This document shows, piece after piece, positions 10,137 to 19,906 of a DNA stretch of 64,000 nt; position 1 is the stretch's first letter; each line of letters opens with the position of its first letter. The notes beneath the pieces were generated by a model that worked only from the letters and a program-made list of their open reading frames with translations, was not told the DNA's origin and did no database searches. The stretch is from a virus, in IMG/VR virus record IMGVR_UViG_3300024259_002152, positions 286,867-350,866 of that record; one strand, 5' to 3'. The position numbers and the translations under genes were made by a program.

Positions 10137-11877
10137 ATATTTGTATCCATATCAAGAATTGCTTATTGAAAAAAGTTTAGACCCATCTATGGAAAAAGGC
10201 AGAATAATATTACCTACTGCTTCTGGTAAGGGTGTTATTTGCAGAGATATCATACGCAGAATGATTATATCTTCTGAAAATAAACTCAATCAGTTTCTGG
10301 GGGCTATTTTCACTCCTCGTCTTCTTTTAAATAAACAGTGGACAAATGATTGTAGGGAATATTTTGAAAAAATAGATAGACCTTATAATTTTGCTCTTGT
10401 TGGTTCTTTAGGATTTAATAAGGAAGAAGCGATATCTATTGAAGAGGCGTTATATTTCATATCAGGAGTTGGGGTTGATGCTCCCTGTCATGCTAAAACA
10501 GCTAAAGATTTAAAAGAGTTTGTAGAAAGCAACAGGACAAAAGGTGTTAATACAATTGTAATTTCTACTTATCACTCTAATAGAATTGTTAGAGCCTCAG
10601 GACTGGTTTTTGATTGTGCTGTGTATGATGAAGCTCACTACCTGCCTGGCAGAGAGCCTCAGGCAGGAGCTACAAGAGCTATTGATGAATTGTTTGAAGC
10701 AACAGAAGTGTTAACAAAGAAAAAAATATTTACTACTGCTACAGAAAAACTTGGAGATGATCTGTTTGATATTGAAGAGGATAATATAGAGTATAATGGC
10801 AGAGGTATGGAAAATGAAGATATTTATGGTGCTGAGATATTTGGATGGATAGATAAAAAAACAGGACGACATAGACGTGTTTCTCCAAGAGATTTAATTG
10901 AATTCGGCTCAATATTGGAACCTAGAGTTTATGTTATTACAGATAATGACATAGACAAATATGAGCTTGATAGTCTTAGCGATGTTCCTAAAATAACTCC
11001 TGATCAGCCTCTGGGGCAACGTCAGGCAGAAGAAGTAGCTAAGGTTACTTTTATATCTTTTGAGGGCCATAAAAAAGAACTTAAAAAAGAGTCTGATTTT
11101 CCTGAGAAAATTGGGGCTAAGATGATGGTTGTTTGTGATGGTTTTAAAGAACTCGAGGGAATTAGAAACTCAAAAGAACTGCAAAATTTTAGGAGTAAAA
11201 ATCCTAAGGTGAAATTATATTTTATTAGTTCTGATTCTGATGGAGGCATATATATTCATGGGCAAGAAAAACAAAATTACAGTAATAAATCTAAAAAAGA
11301 TTTTTTAGATGCTCTGAATAATTTGAGTTCTGAAGAAGATGCTATAATTTACCATATTGATATCCTTACTTGCGGAATTGATGTCCCTTCATTAACAGGT
11401 GTTTTATTCTTTAAAGAATGCAAGTTAATAAAATTGCTTCAAAATATAGGTAGGGGTTCAAGACTTCATATCGAAGATAGAATAAGATGGGAAAATGGAG
11501 AGATCGAACCTGGAGGAAAAGGGTATATTAAACCTAGTTTTCATGTTTTACTCCCAATACTCAAACAGGACACTGAAGATTTTGTTAATAAATTTGTCAA
11601 AATAATAAATAGAATGAGGGATAATTATGGTTTTAAGGCTTATGAATTCTTACATATTGGGGCCACCAAAGAGCCTGGTGGAAAAGTGCCTATTGAAATT
11701 GCTGGACTAAAAACTCCTTTAAGTCAACTGAAAGATAAAGCTGGTAGAGTCTATTATGAGTGGATAGAAGATAAAAGGATTAAAAGAGAAGAAAGAAAAA
11801 TACAGGAAGAGATAGATAATCTTAAAAGATGGGTAGAGAATGGAGAATGGGATAAAATTGCAGAATATAAGAAATAA
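10123..11877 (+). CDS. SF2 DEAH-box helicase (HsdR/Res-like)
   Basis: PTASGKG (motif I), VYDEAHYL (DEAH), QNIGRGSRLH (motif VI); overlaps upstream nuclease ORF by 14 nt. Confidence 0.65.
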   Translation: MMKNRYLYPYQELLIEKSLDPSMEKGRIILPTASGKGVICRDIIRRMIISSENKLNQFLGAIFTPRLLLNKQWTNDCREYFEKIDRPYNFALVGSLGFNKEEAISIEEALYFISGVGVDAPCHAKTAKDLKEFVESNRTKGVNTIVISTYHSNRIVRASGLVFDCAVYDEAHYLPGREPQAGATRAIDELFEATEVLTKKKIFTTATEKLGDDLFDIEEDNIEYNGRGMENEDIYGAEIFGWIDKKTGRHRRVSPRDLIEFGSILEPRVYVITDNDIDKYELDSLSDVPKITPDQPLGQRQAEEVAKVTFISFEGHKKELKKESDFPEKIGAKMMVVCDGFKELEGIRNSKELQNFRSKNPKVKLYFISSDSDGGIYIHGQEKQNYSNKSKKDFLDALNNLSSEEDAIIYHIDILTCGIDVPSLTGVLFFKECKLIKLLQNIGRGSRLHIEDRIRWENGEIEPGGKGYIKPSFHVLLPILKQDTEDFVNKFVKIINRMRDNYGFKAYEFLHIGATKEPGGKVPIEIAGLKTPLSQLKDKAGRVYYEWIEDKRIKREERKIQEEIDNLKRWVENGEWDKIAEYKK

Positions 11878-11945
11878 CTCTTTCCAGGCGATGAGATTTT
11901 CAGTTTAGTAAAGTGTAAATGATGTTATAAATATAAGGAAGCAAG

Positions 11946-13133
11946 ATGGAGCTTACTGAAAAGTTAAAGAAAGAAGCTGTAAGGGGACTTATTAAAGAGA
12001 TATGCAAAGAAGATGGCTCTATACAAAATGTCCATACTCCTTATTCTCTTTGTGAAGATATAATAGAAAAGGCAGTTGATTATATTGAAGATTTAGAGAA
12101 TAAAAGTATTCTTGTTATGTTTAACCTTGAATTTATTGATAGTCTTATTGACTTGGGTATAGATCCTAAGAATATAACTTTTATGTCAGATTCAGAACAA
12201 AGAAGAGGTTTGGCAGAAAATTTTTATGAAGTTGAAGCTATTGAATTTAAATTATCAGATTTAAATGGAGATAATATAATGGGTAAACAATTCGACCATG
12301 TGATTGGTAATCCTCCTTATCATAAAAAAGGAAATGAAAAAGACACAAAGACGCAAGCGATATGGCCATCATTTGTTGATTTGTCTTTACAGTATTGTAA
12401 GGATGATGGGCATTTGTGTTTTGTGCATCCATCAGGGTGGAGAGGAAATGGAATGTATAAAAAAATAGGTAGGTTGATGAAATCAAAGCAGATAGAATAT
12501 TTAGAAATTCATGATGAAAAAGATGGGATGAAAGTATTCGATGCTGAGACAAGATATGATTGGTATGTTTTGCAAAATAAATATAATGAAGATGTTACCG
12601 AAATTAAAGACCAAATAGGGAAAATCTCTAAAATAAATATAAGAGACATGGAGATAATTCCTAATTTTAACATTATAGATGTTCAGAATCTCATTGCTAA
12701 AGATGGGGAGGAAAAGGTTACCGTTCTGTCAGATTCTACATATCATACTCAATCTGGTGTTAAAAAAGGGTTTATGAGCGAAACAGAAACAAAGACACAT
12801 AAATATCCGTGTGTGTATGTGGTTAACTCTGTGGGAGAAATGCAATTATGGTATTCTTCTGTAAAAAAAGGACATTTTGGGACAACCAAGCTTATATTTT
12901 CTAATGGCAGAATATCTTCTGCTAATTATTTTGTAGATCAAAATGGAGAATACGGTTTGACTCAATTTTCTTATGGGATTATAGACAGTATCGAGAATTT
13001 GAGAGATATATATAAAGCAATGAGAACTAAAGAATTTAAAAATTTAATGGAGGCATGTTCGATAGGAATGCTTACTATTAATAAAGATGTTTTAAAAACA
13101 TTCCGTAAAGATTTTTGGAAGGAGTTTGTATAA
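11946..13133 (+). CDS. N6-adenine methyltransferase-like protein (NPPY, no clear motif I)
   Basis: VHTPYSL (motif X-like), FDHVIGNPPY (motif IV), LCFVHPSGW. Confidence 0.5.
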   Translation: MELTEKLKKEAVRGLIKEICKEDGSIQNVHTPYSLCEDIIEKAVDYIEDLENKSILVMFNLEFIDSLIDLGIDPKNITFMSDSEQRRGLAENFYEVEAIEFKLSDLNGDNIMGKQFDHVIGNPPYHKKGNEKDTKTQAIWPSFVDLSLQYCKDDGHLCFVHPSGWRGNGMYKKIGRLMKSKQIEYLEIHDEKDGMKVFDAETRYDWYVLQNKYNEDVTEIKDQIGKISKINIRDMEIIPNFNIIDVQNLIAKDGEEKVTVLSDSTYHTQSGVKKGFMSETETKTHKYPCVYVVNSVGEMQLWYSSVKKGHFGTTKLIFSNGRISSANYFVDQNGEYGLTQFSYGIIDSIENLRDIYKAMRTKEFKNLMEACSIGMLTINKDVLKTFRKDFWKEFV

Positions 13134-13738
13134 TGGTGAAAGAAATAACAAATACAGAACAAGTTTTAAAGAATGAGGAAAGAAGAAAAAAAGAGCAGAA
13201 GCAAACCGCAGAAGTATTCACACCTGATTCATTAGTGAATGAAATGTTAGATAAATTGCCTGAGGAATCGTGGAAAGAGAGGAAAACTTTTATAGACCCT
13301 GCTTGTGGTAATGGTAATTTTTTAGTTCATATATTAAATAGAAAATTAAAAAGAGGCCATGATTCAGTTGGAGCTTTAAAATCTATTTATGGGCTTGATA
13401 TTGAACAGAGTAATATTTTTGAATGTAGATTAAGACTTTTAAAAATTGTTAGTTTGCAAGAAGAACTAACTGAAGAACATCTTAAAGCAGTTACTATAAA
13501 TATTAAATATTTAAATAGTAAAAAGTGGCCTAATGGTTCTCTTGACTATGATATGGAATTTAGAAATAATGCTAATCTTCAAACTATTAAAGAATGGTTA
13601 GAAGATATTAAAAAAAATGGTCTCGATCATGTGGCTATACCTGATAATATTGAATACACTATCGCAACCCCAGCTTTGGAAAATGGGAAAATATCAAACA
13701 GGAATGTAGAAAGTATTGATATGTTTGGAGATGATTAA
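13133..13738 (+). CDS. methyltransferase N-terminal-domain-like protein (motif X/I, no motif IV)
   Basis: EVFTPDSLV...FIDPACGNGNFL (motif I), GLDIEQ; ATG at 13133 behind GGAAGGAG; TAATG overlap with upstream gene. Confidence 0.5.
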   Translation: MVKEITNTEQVLKNEERRKKEQKQTAEVFTPDSLVNEMLDKLPEESWKERKTFIDPACGNGNFLVHILNRKLKRGHDSVGALKSIYGLDIEQSNIFECRLRLLKIVSLQEELTEEHLKAVTINIKYLNSKKWPNGSLDYDMEFRNNANLQTIKEWLEDIKKNGLDHVAIPDNIEYTIATPALENGKISNRNVESIDMFGDD

Positions 13739-13741
13739 AAA

Positions 13742-13783
13742 TTCCAGACAACGCTTTTCTTAAAATAGTAGCATAGAAAGTGT
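13742..13783 (+). promoter_or_regulatory. promoter box + TAGCATAGAAAGTGTG
   Basis: near-identical to 9369 copy. Confidence 0.55.
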
Positions 13784-13829
13784 GTTTTTCAACTAGAACA
13801 GTGTTTTTTAAAGAAACGAAGGCGCAAAA

Positions 13830-14150
13830 ATGGCATTAGAAGTTACAATTATTCCCATCAAATGGCAAAAATTAGATGACAATATCCCTACTCTTAACTG
13901 TCCTGTTTGTGGAAAAGAGTGGGAACAAGAAGGAGGATATCCAGTAACTCCTTGTGAGCATCTAAAGTTTCGTTATCTAGAGGGAATTAATGTTGAATAC
14001 TTCGGAGACTGGGATCATAACAATTTTGATTTGGATGAAGTTTTGAAGGGCAAAATAACTGATCAGATTAGTGTTATATATCTATTTGAAGGGACCTCTA
14101 TGTCTTGCGGTCCCGTTTTTACGAGTATTTACTATGGCGTAAAAGAGTAA
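13830..14150 (+). CDS. hypothetical zinc-ribbon protein
   Basis: CPVCGKEW...PCEH. Confidence 0.4.
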   Translation: MALEVTIIPIKWQKLDDNIPTLNCPVCGKEWEQEGGYPVTPCEHLKFRYLEGINVEYFGDWDHNNFDLDEVLKGKITDQISVIYLFEGTSMSCGPVFTSIYYGVKE

Positions 14151-14163
14151 TATTTCGTAAAAA

Positions 14164-14196
14164 TTCCAGACAACGCTTTTTTCAGGGTTGTAAGAT
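14164..14196 (+). promoter_or_regulatory. promoter box
   Basis: TTCCAGACAACGCTTTTTTCAGGGTTGTAAGATATG. Confidence 0.5.
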
Positions 14197-14409
14197 ATGA
14201 AAAAGTTAATTGAAGCATTACAAATATTGTTGAAATATGGTAATCCTGCTTATCCTACTCATTGCGAACATGATGTATTGATTATTTGTGGAATAGAACC
14301 TAAGAATGTCTCTCAAGAAGATATTGAGAAATTGGGTGAATTAGGATTTATTATTAGTAAAGAATACGGGACCGAGTCTTTCAGTTCATTTCGATATGGA
14401 TCTGCATAA
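14197..14409 (+). CDS. hypothetical protein
   Basis: 70-aa ORF directly behind promoter box. Confidence 0.4.
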   Translation: MKKLIEALQILLKYGNPAYPTHCEHDVLIICGIEPKNVSQEDIEKLGELGFIISKEYGTESFSSFRYGSA

Positions 14410-14411
14410 AA

Positions 14412-14453
14412 TTCCAGACAACGCTTTTCTCAGAATTATAGCATAGAAAGTGT
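14412..14453 (+). promoter_or_regulatory. promoter box + TAGCATAGAAAGTGTG
   Basis: third near-identical copy. Confidence 0.55.
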
Positions 14454-14501
14454 GTTTTTTTAACAATAGAGTGGTTTTTAACAAGAAACGGAGATGTAGC
14501 G

Positions 14502-14957
14502 ATGAACGATGCAAAAAAGAAGTCGATTTTGGACAAGTATGAGAGTTGGGAAAGTGTTCCTGCCGCTATTAAGGCATGGATTACTACGGATGCCATAAAA
14601 GAGGGTAAAAACCCTGTTATGGTTCGGGCTGGCTACAAAGCAGCATTCAAGAGAATCCAGAACAATACCACTTTTACCATCGTGAGAGAAGATGGTGGGT
14701 ATCTGGGCGGCTGTGTGAGTTCGATTCCTCTTCATCATGTCATTAAGGCAAGAAGTGAACAGATGCTCACGGACAAGATTGGAAGAATCTATGAGGACAT
14801 CCTGGAAGGTAGTAATAAGGATTCCAAGGGATATTGGAAGGCAATGTCTTTGAAAAAAGAGAATATTACTTCTCTAGTCGAAGATTTAGAAGCTATTACT
14901 GTTGATGGTGTCGAACTCCAAATCATCAGCGATCCTGAGCATGTAGAGATCCTCTAA
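14502..14957 (+). CDS. hypothetical protein
   Basis: 151-aa ORF, followed by terminator. Confidence 0.45.
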   Translation: MNDAKKKSILDKYESWESVPAAIKAWITTDAIKEGKNPVMVRAGYKAAFKRIQNNTTFTIVREDGGYLGGCVSSIPLHHVIKARSEQMLTDKIGRIYEDILEGSNKDSKGYWKAMSLKKENITSLVEDLEAITVDGVELQIISDPEHVEIL

Positions 14958-15026
14958 CGTATAAGAGAATATGGATCAGCGTCTTAAACAACTATAAAAA
15001 TAAAGTAGACGCTACCCTAGATCAAA

Positions 15027-15056
15027 GGCACAAGCTAATAACTTGTGCCTTTTTTC
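15027..15056 (+). terminator. rho-independent terminator
   Basis: GGCACAAG-CTAATAA-CTTGTGCC-T6. Confidence 0.7.
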
Positions 15057-15060
15057 ATTT

Positions 15061-15095
15061 TTCCAGACAACGCTTTTCTCAAAGTTGTATAATAA
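15061..15095 (+). promoter_or_regulatory. promoter box, -10 TATAAT
   Basis: AGACAA-N17-TATAAT. Confidence 0.6.
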
Positions 15096-15123
15096 ATGTG
15101 CTAATAAAGGTTGATAGAAAAGT

Positions 15124-15375
15124 ATGGAACAAAGTTATTTTTTAAGTAAATTAAAGACTCATATAGATAGAACGGCCAATGCTCATGACCCTCAAATCAC
15201 CGCCAATGCTATTTATTTTATAACTAAACAATATCCTGTAAGTGTAATCAGCAAAGAAGCTTACAGAGAAACCCTTAAGAAGATAAGAACTCATTTAGTA
15301 GAGAATTTTGGGTGGAAGATGACTGAGGTTCATAGATGTGTTTGTATCCTACATAGATTGATGAAAATATTTTAA
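15124..15375 (+). CDS. hypothetical protein
   Basis: 83-aa ORF. Confidence 0.4.
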   Translation: MEQSYFLSKLKTHIDRTANAHDPQITANAIYFITKQYPVSVISKEAYRETLKKIRTHLVENFGWKMTEVHRCVCILHRLMKIF

Positions 15376-15420
15376 AAAAACATCTTGACATGAAAGTGGA
15401 AGAAGGGTAAAATAGACATT

Positions 15421-15657
15421 ATGACATGGAAATCTATAAAAGGTGTAAAACCCCCTTCTTTGAAAAGAGTATGGATATCCTATTATATAGATGGGATTTT
15501 AACTAAACAATATCAAACTTATGCTAAAGCTGTAGGAAAAGATCCTCATGGAGATATTTTTTGGCATGATTTTATGACTGGCAAAGTTCTTGATAATAGT
15601 AGAATTACAGTGTCTCATTGGATGGCAATTCCTGATAATCCAATTCTTAATTTATGA
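15421..15657 (+). CDS. hypothetical protein
   Basis: 78-aa ORF. Confidence 0.4.
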   Translation: MTWKSIKGVKPPSLKRVWISYYIDGILTKQYQTYAKAVGKDPHGDIFWHDFMTGKVLDNSRITVSHWMAIPDNPILNL

Positions 15658-16988
15658 TGATTAGTAGTCGTAACTCACAATATTTTTTTGAAAGGTTTGG
15701 TATCATGGCGAAGAGTAGTAAATCACGTAGGAAAAAAGGCGGGTCTGCCCCTGTAACTCCTAGGCAGACAATTGTTCACGAAATCTCTCAAGCAACTAAT
15801 GAGACAATCGTTCCCGAAAAAATGAGAACCCCAAAAATCTCTCATTTTTTTATCGATGTCGTGAAGAAAGTTCAAAAAGGGGTGGCTTATTATTCGGGGG
15901 ATATGAGTTTGGCTGAGTTAGCAGCTTTGACTCATGTGGATAATTACGATGGGGAGTGTGCGGATGTGGCAGGTAAGGGTCAAAGAGCATTGTGCGAAAC
16001 GAGAGGTAAGCAATTTATGAATTTTATTGCTGACCGAGACAATCTATGTTTTATGGAGATCCTTCTTAATGAACGTGAAAAAGAGATAACATTCACGTCT
16101 CTAAAACAAATGGGAATTTCTGTTCCTCAATATGACAAATTGTCAGCTATGCATGGGGTTCTTGAGATTCCTATTTCTGTTAGATTGTATGTCTATGATG
16201 GGCAAACAAGACGGTTTGGTTATTTAAGTTTGCTTCATTTTGATCTAGACATGTTGGGAACAGATGCTTATAAGAGTTTTAAACATATGAGAGTTCCTTT
16301 CTGTTTATGTCAGGTATCTGCTGGTCAAGAAACAACTTTGTTTCTTCATCACAATAAGCAAACTTCAGTGCCTAATGATCATAAGGCAATGGTTTCTTGG
16401 CATGCAAATAAATCATCAAGTCAGGTAAAGACTGATAGTTATTCCGAGAAAACACGTTCCGTCATTGCTGGTATGACATTCATGATGGATAGAGATAGAA
16501 CTAATCCATGGTATGGAAGAATTGGTATGCCCGATCTTCCTAAGGAAGAAAATAAGCTACGCTTGGGAACACAGGGCAGCTTTAATACAGGACTGAAACG
16601 TTTTGTTGGATGGTTGAATAACCAATATTGGAGTCCTGAAACTTCTTACGAGGAAAAGAGTCAGGACTTGAAAGAAATATGCACCGTATTCTGGAGATCA
16701 GTGCAAAAAGTTTGCCCCAAGATATGGAGAACTCCTGAAGATTATATTCAGTTAAAATCTTTTGGAATTGCAACTTTAAGTTTGCTGATGCATACTCTGT
16801 ATATCGATTTTTTCGATAGAGATATCGAATGGACTATTGATAACATTCATAAGCATTTGAAGAAGAGTAAAATTATTACAACTCCTAAAATGTGGGAATG
16901 TGGCGGAGAACTCTCCAAAAGGGGAGGTAATTACAAATCTCTTCAATCTCTTGAGCGGGATATATATGACCAGATCAGAAGGAATTAG
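15654..16988 (+). CDS. DGQHR-like (DndB/ParB-fold) domain protein, putative
   Basis: VYDGQTRRFGY resembles DGQHR/DGQQR motif of DndB-like proteins; 444 aa. Confidence 0.35.
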   Translation: MMISSRNSQYFFERFGIMAKSSKSRRKKGGSAPVTPRQTIVHEISQATNETIVPEKMRTPKISHFFIDVVKKVQKGVAYYSGDMSLAELAALTHVDNYDGECADVAGKGQRALCETRGKQFMNFIADRDNLCFMEILLNEREKEITFTSLKQMGISVPQYDKLSAMHGVLEIPISVRLYVYDGQTRRFGYLSLLHFDLDMLGTDAYKSFKHMRVPFCLCQVSAGQETTLFLHHNKQTSVPNDHKAMVSWHANKSSSQVKTDSYSEKTRSVIAGMTFMMDRDRTNPWYGRIGMPDLPKEENKLRLGTQGSFNTGLKRFVGWLNNQYWSPETSYEEKSQDLKEICTVFWRSVQKVCPKIWRTPEDYIQLKSFGIATLSLLMHTLYIDFFDRDIEWTIDNIHKHLKKSKIITTPKMWECGGELSKRGGNYKSLQSLERDIYDQIRRN

Positions 16989-16995
16989 AAGCTAC

Positions 16996-17029
16996 GGGGA
17001 GTGGTTAATATCCACTCCCCTTCTTTTTT
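16996..17029 (+). terminator. rho-independent terminator
   Basis: GGGGAGTGG-TTAATA-CCACTCCCC-T run. Confidence 0.7.
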
Positions 17030-17065
17030 CCAGACAATGAGTTTCTCAAAATGGTGATATATAAA
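17028..17065 (+). promoter_or_regulatory. promoter box
   Basis: TTCCAGACAATGAGTTTCTCAAAATGGTGATATATAAAT. Confidence 0.5.
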
Positions 17066-17196
17066 TGTTAATTCTGATAAACTTATTTTCGAGGAGATAA
17101 AGATGCCAAGAAATCGGACAATCTTATGGGAGCAATAACAGATCGTCTTGATGGTGTTCCTTCTATTTTTAATGAATTTGAATTGGAAAAAAAGTA

Positions 17197-17514
17197 ATGG
17201 TAGAGCCAATTAAACCTAGAGAACTCACATCGTTACCTAATCAAGTTCGATTATTGCCTAATGAAGTCATAGAAGCTTTTAATGAGTTAATAGTGGAAAA
17301 GTGGGATGGCAGTTCTTCTGTTATTTTGCAAATTGAGGCAATATCAAAAATTTTAAGAAAATTTAAATTTCAAGGGCTTACTAGGCAACAAATATTTAGA
17401 AGAAGATATCTGGAGATAGAGGGCATTTTTAGAAAAGTGGGTTGGAAAGTAACTTATAGTAGACCCTCTCATAGTCAAGATCCTTTTGAACCATTTTTCA
17501 AGTTTGAAAAGTAA
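17197..17514 (+). CDS. hypothetical protein
   Basis: 105-aa ORF. Confidence 0.4.
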   Translation: MVEPIKPRELTSLPNQVRLLPNEVIEAFNELIVEKWDGSSSVILQIEAISKILRKFKFQGLTRQQIFRRRYLEIEGIFRKVGWKVTYSRPSHSQDPFEPFFKFEK

Positions 17515-17569
17515 GTAAAAAAGTTATGAATTGGAAATACGAAGTAAAACTGAATGGTAGGAGAATATA

Positions 17570-17929
17570 ATGTTATTGTCTAGTAAGATAAGATGGTCGA
17601 TGCTATCTGTATTGGCTTTTGTTGTTGGTATAATAATCACTGTCCAATGGATAGGAACAGAGCATGGGATGAGAGTATGGGACTTATTTAAAAGACCTGA
17701 TGTGGTAGAAAAGATTGTAGAAGTAGAAACTATAAAAGTTATAACTATCTCCGATGACTCAACAATACAAATCATTAATCAAGAGTATAGAGATGCTCTT
17801 CTACAAATTTCTGCGGTAACTTTTAATAATGATAGATATGGTGAAAATACATATAACACTATGCACCAATATGCTATAACAGCCCTGGCGATACCAAAAA
17901 CTTTGGATAGAGAAAAAAATAAAGAATAG
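17570..17929 (+). CDS. hypothetical membrane protein
   Basis: N-terminal TM helix. Confidence 0.4.
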   Translation: MLLSSKIRWSMLSVLAFVVGIIITVQWIGTEHGMRVWDLFKRPDVVEKIVEVETIKVITISDDSTIQIINQEYRDALLQISAVTFNNDRYGENTYNTMHQYAITALAIPKTLDREKNKE

Positions 17930-18047
17930 TCATATCTTCTTATTCTTCATAGGGTTATAGAAATCTAATTATTTTTATTTTCTCTATTGCAAATAAAAGT
18001 AGAATACAGTATAATTGTCAAAGTGAAAGTCGGAAGTAGTAATCTTA

Positions 18048-18452
18048 TTGAAAGGATATGTGATGAGAGTTAAAGGATGGATTTTGTTGGTGCTTATAGT
18101 TTTATTGTGTTGCTTTTGTGTTTATACTTATAAACTCAGGACAGCTTTTAATGTTGATAAGCAAGATGCTCAAATAGAAGTATCTGATTATCAGTTAGAA
18201 GTTGTTCAGTATGCTCTTTCTTTATTCCCTCAAAAGGATAAAGGCGACATCTTTTTCAATTCCATAGGAAATGAATATCCTGATTTTAAGGAAGATGAAA
18301 GACTTTGCGAAATCTTGGGATATCAAAAAACTCCAGCAGAAATAGAGCAAAATAAAGCAGAACAAGAGGCAGAAGATAAAAAGGGAATTCCCGATACAAC
18401 AGTAGCTAAAGTTATGGATAACATTCTTACCATCGAAATTGAGGAGGAGTAA
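18048..18452 (+). CDS. hypothetical membrane protein
   Basis: TM helix, acidic C-terminus. Confidence 0.4.
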   Translation: MKGYVMRVKGWILLVLIVLLCCFCVYTYKLRTAFNVDKQDAQIEVSDYQLEVVQYALSLFPQKDKGDIFFNSIGNEYPDFKEDERLCEILGYQKTPAEIEQNKAEQEAEDKKGIPDTTVAKVMDNILTIEIEEE

Positions 18453-18457
18453 TAATT

Positions 18458-19522
18458 ATGATGCTTGGTATTTCAAACAGTAGTTTCCATTATAAATATT
18501 ATGAGTTACTTCGCAAAATGTGGGCGTTGGACCCACAAGATGATCGACAATTAAGTCTTTGTGTGTATTCTCAATTTATATTCTGGATGACAATTGTAAC
18601 TACCATTTGCTCCCCTCTTATATTGATGGGATGGCTTATCTTGAAGTCAGGGAGACTATTTTATAAGGCATGTTCATGGACAAAGATAGGAAGAGTCATC
18701 ACCGATGGCTTAGATTGGTTGTGTGGTCTTGGAGATAAAATTGACGAGAGATCTAATAATATGATAAAATCTCCTGCGGTTTATCTCGTTGCTACGACAC
18801 TGCAAGTATTATGTGTTGTAATAGTTGTTTTTCTTGTTGTTCTGCTTTTAAGCATAGGAATTACAGCATTTGTGCGAATTTTTATGAATATCCCAGAATA
18901 TCTTGGAGGATTTCTTTCTTGTATAGCATTGGGTATTTTTTATATCTTTTGCGGTTTGGGATGGTGCATTTGTCAAATGTTTTCAGGTATATGGATTGGT
19001 CTGAAATGGTTAGGAATGATTGCGGTAATGTATGCCACAACTGTTATATTTGTGGCGTTTATGGTAGCTTTGGCTGCTGCTGTTACATTAGTAGTAATTA
19101 AAATATCTTTGTGTTTTGAGCGTGTGCGACAATTTTTAGGGTTTAGAATTAATGGTTTTCGTGAAGCCAGAATATCTGCCCAAAAACGTAAAACAGAATT
19201 AGAGAAGCTTCGCCAACAAAGACAAGCGGAGCTAGAAGAAATACGTAGGAAAAAAGAGATTGGGGAAATTCCTCTTACTGGTTGGGAGCAAGTCCTTGCA
19301 AGTATTGGTGAGATGTTCTGTAAATTTGGAACATGGCTCAGGAGGTCAGCGGTCAGCAAAACTACTCAAGTTAAGGGTGGCTCTGTGAAAGTTTTAGGCG
19401 TATTCGGCATTCTCTGGAATGTCGTTATATCTCTTTATCATGGAGTTTGTCCACTTCTGCAAGTTGTTGATGATAAGGATATTGATTATCAGGAATTACC
19501 ATCCACAAAGAAAGAAGCATGA
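18458..19522 (+). CDS. multi-pass membrane protein
   Basis: 4-6 predicted TM helices, coiled-coil tail. Confidence 0.45.
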   Translation: MMLGISNSSFHYKYYELLRKMWALDPQDDRQLSLCVYSQFIFWMTIVTTICSPLILMGWLILKSGRLFYKACSWTKIGRVITDGLDWLCGLGDKIDERSNNMIKSPAVYLVATTLQVLCVVIVVFLVVLLLSIGITAFVRIFMNIPEYLGGFLSCIALGIFYIFCGLGWCICQMFSGIWIGLKWLGMIAVMYATTVIFVAFMVALAAAVTLVVIKISLCFERVRQFLGFRINGFREARISAQKRKTELEKLRQQRQAELEEIRRKKEIGEIPLTGWEQVLASIGEMFCKFGTWLRRSAVSKTTQVKGGSVKVLGVFGILWNVVISLYHGVCPLLQVVDDKDIDYQELPSTKKEA

Positions 19523-19725
19523 TGGAATTGTTGCTGTTATGGCCGATACTTGGGATATTAGGATTTGCTCTATATTGTAGCAATCCTAATACTAGACCTA
19601 AAAAATGGTATCTTCTAATGATTGCTTTTTGCACTCATACTTTCTTTGGTTTAATCGGTTTATTCTATGGTTTTGTGTGTTTCTCAGGAAGAAAATATAA
19701 ACCCAGAGGAATCCGTAATGACTAG
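19519..19725 (+). CDS. small membrane protein
   Basis: two hydrophobic helices. Confidence 0.35.
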   Translation: MMELLLLWPILGILGFALYCSNPNTRPKKWYLLMIAFCTHTFFGLIGLFYGFVCFSGRKYKPRGIRND

Positions 19726-19888
19726 TTGCAAATATTGTAGTTCTAGAATAGATGACTTTGCTTTTGTGTGTCCTTTCTGCATGAGAAAACAACCCGATCA
19801 GATTGTGGTCTCGAATCTTAATAGAAAATTCGTAATATGGATAGTTATTATAGCTGTTCTTTTTGGGGTTATTGTTCTTTGTTTTTAA
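19667..19888 (+). CDS. zinc-ribbon membrane protein
   Basis: CKYCSS...CPFC then TM helix. Confidence 0.35.
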   Translation: MVLCVSQEENINPEESVMTSCKYCSSRIDDFAFVCPFCMRKQPDQIVVSNLNRKFVIWIVIIAVLFGVIVLCF

Positions 19889-19906
19889 TAAAAGGTAAAA
19901 ATAGCG

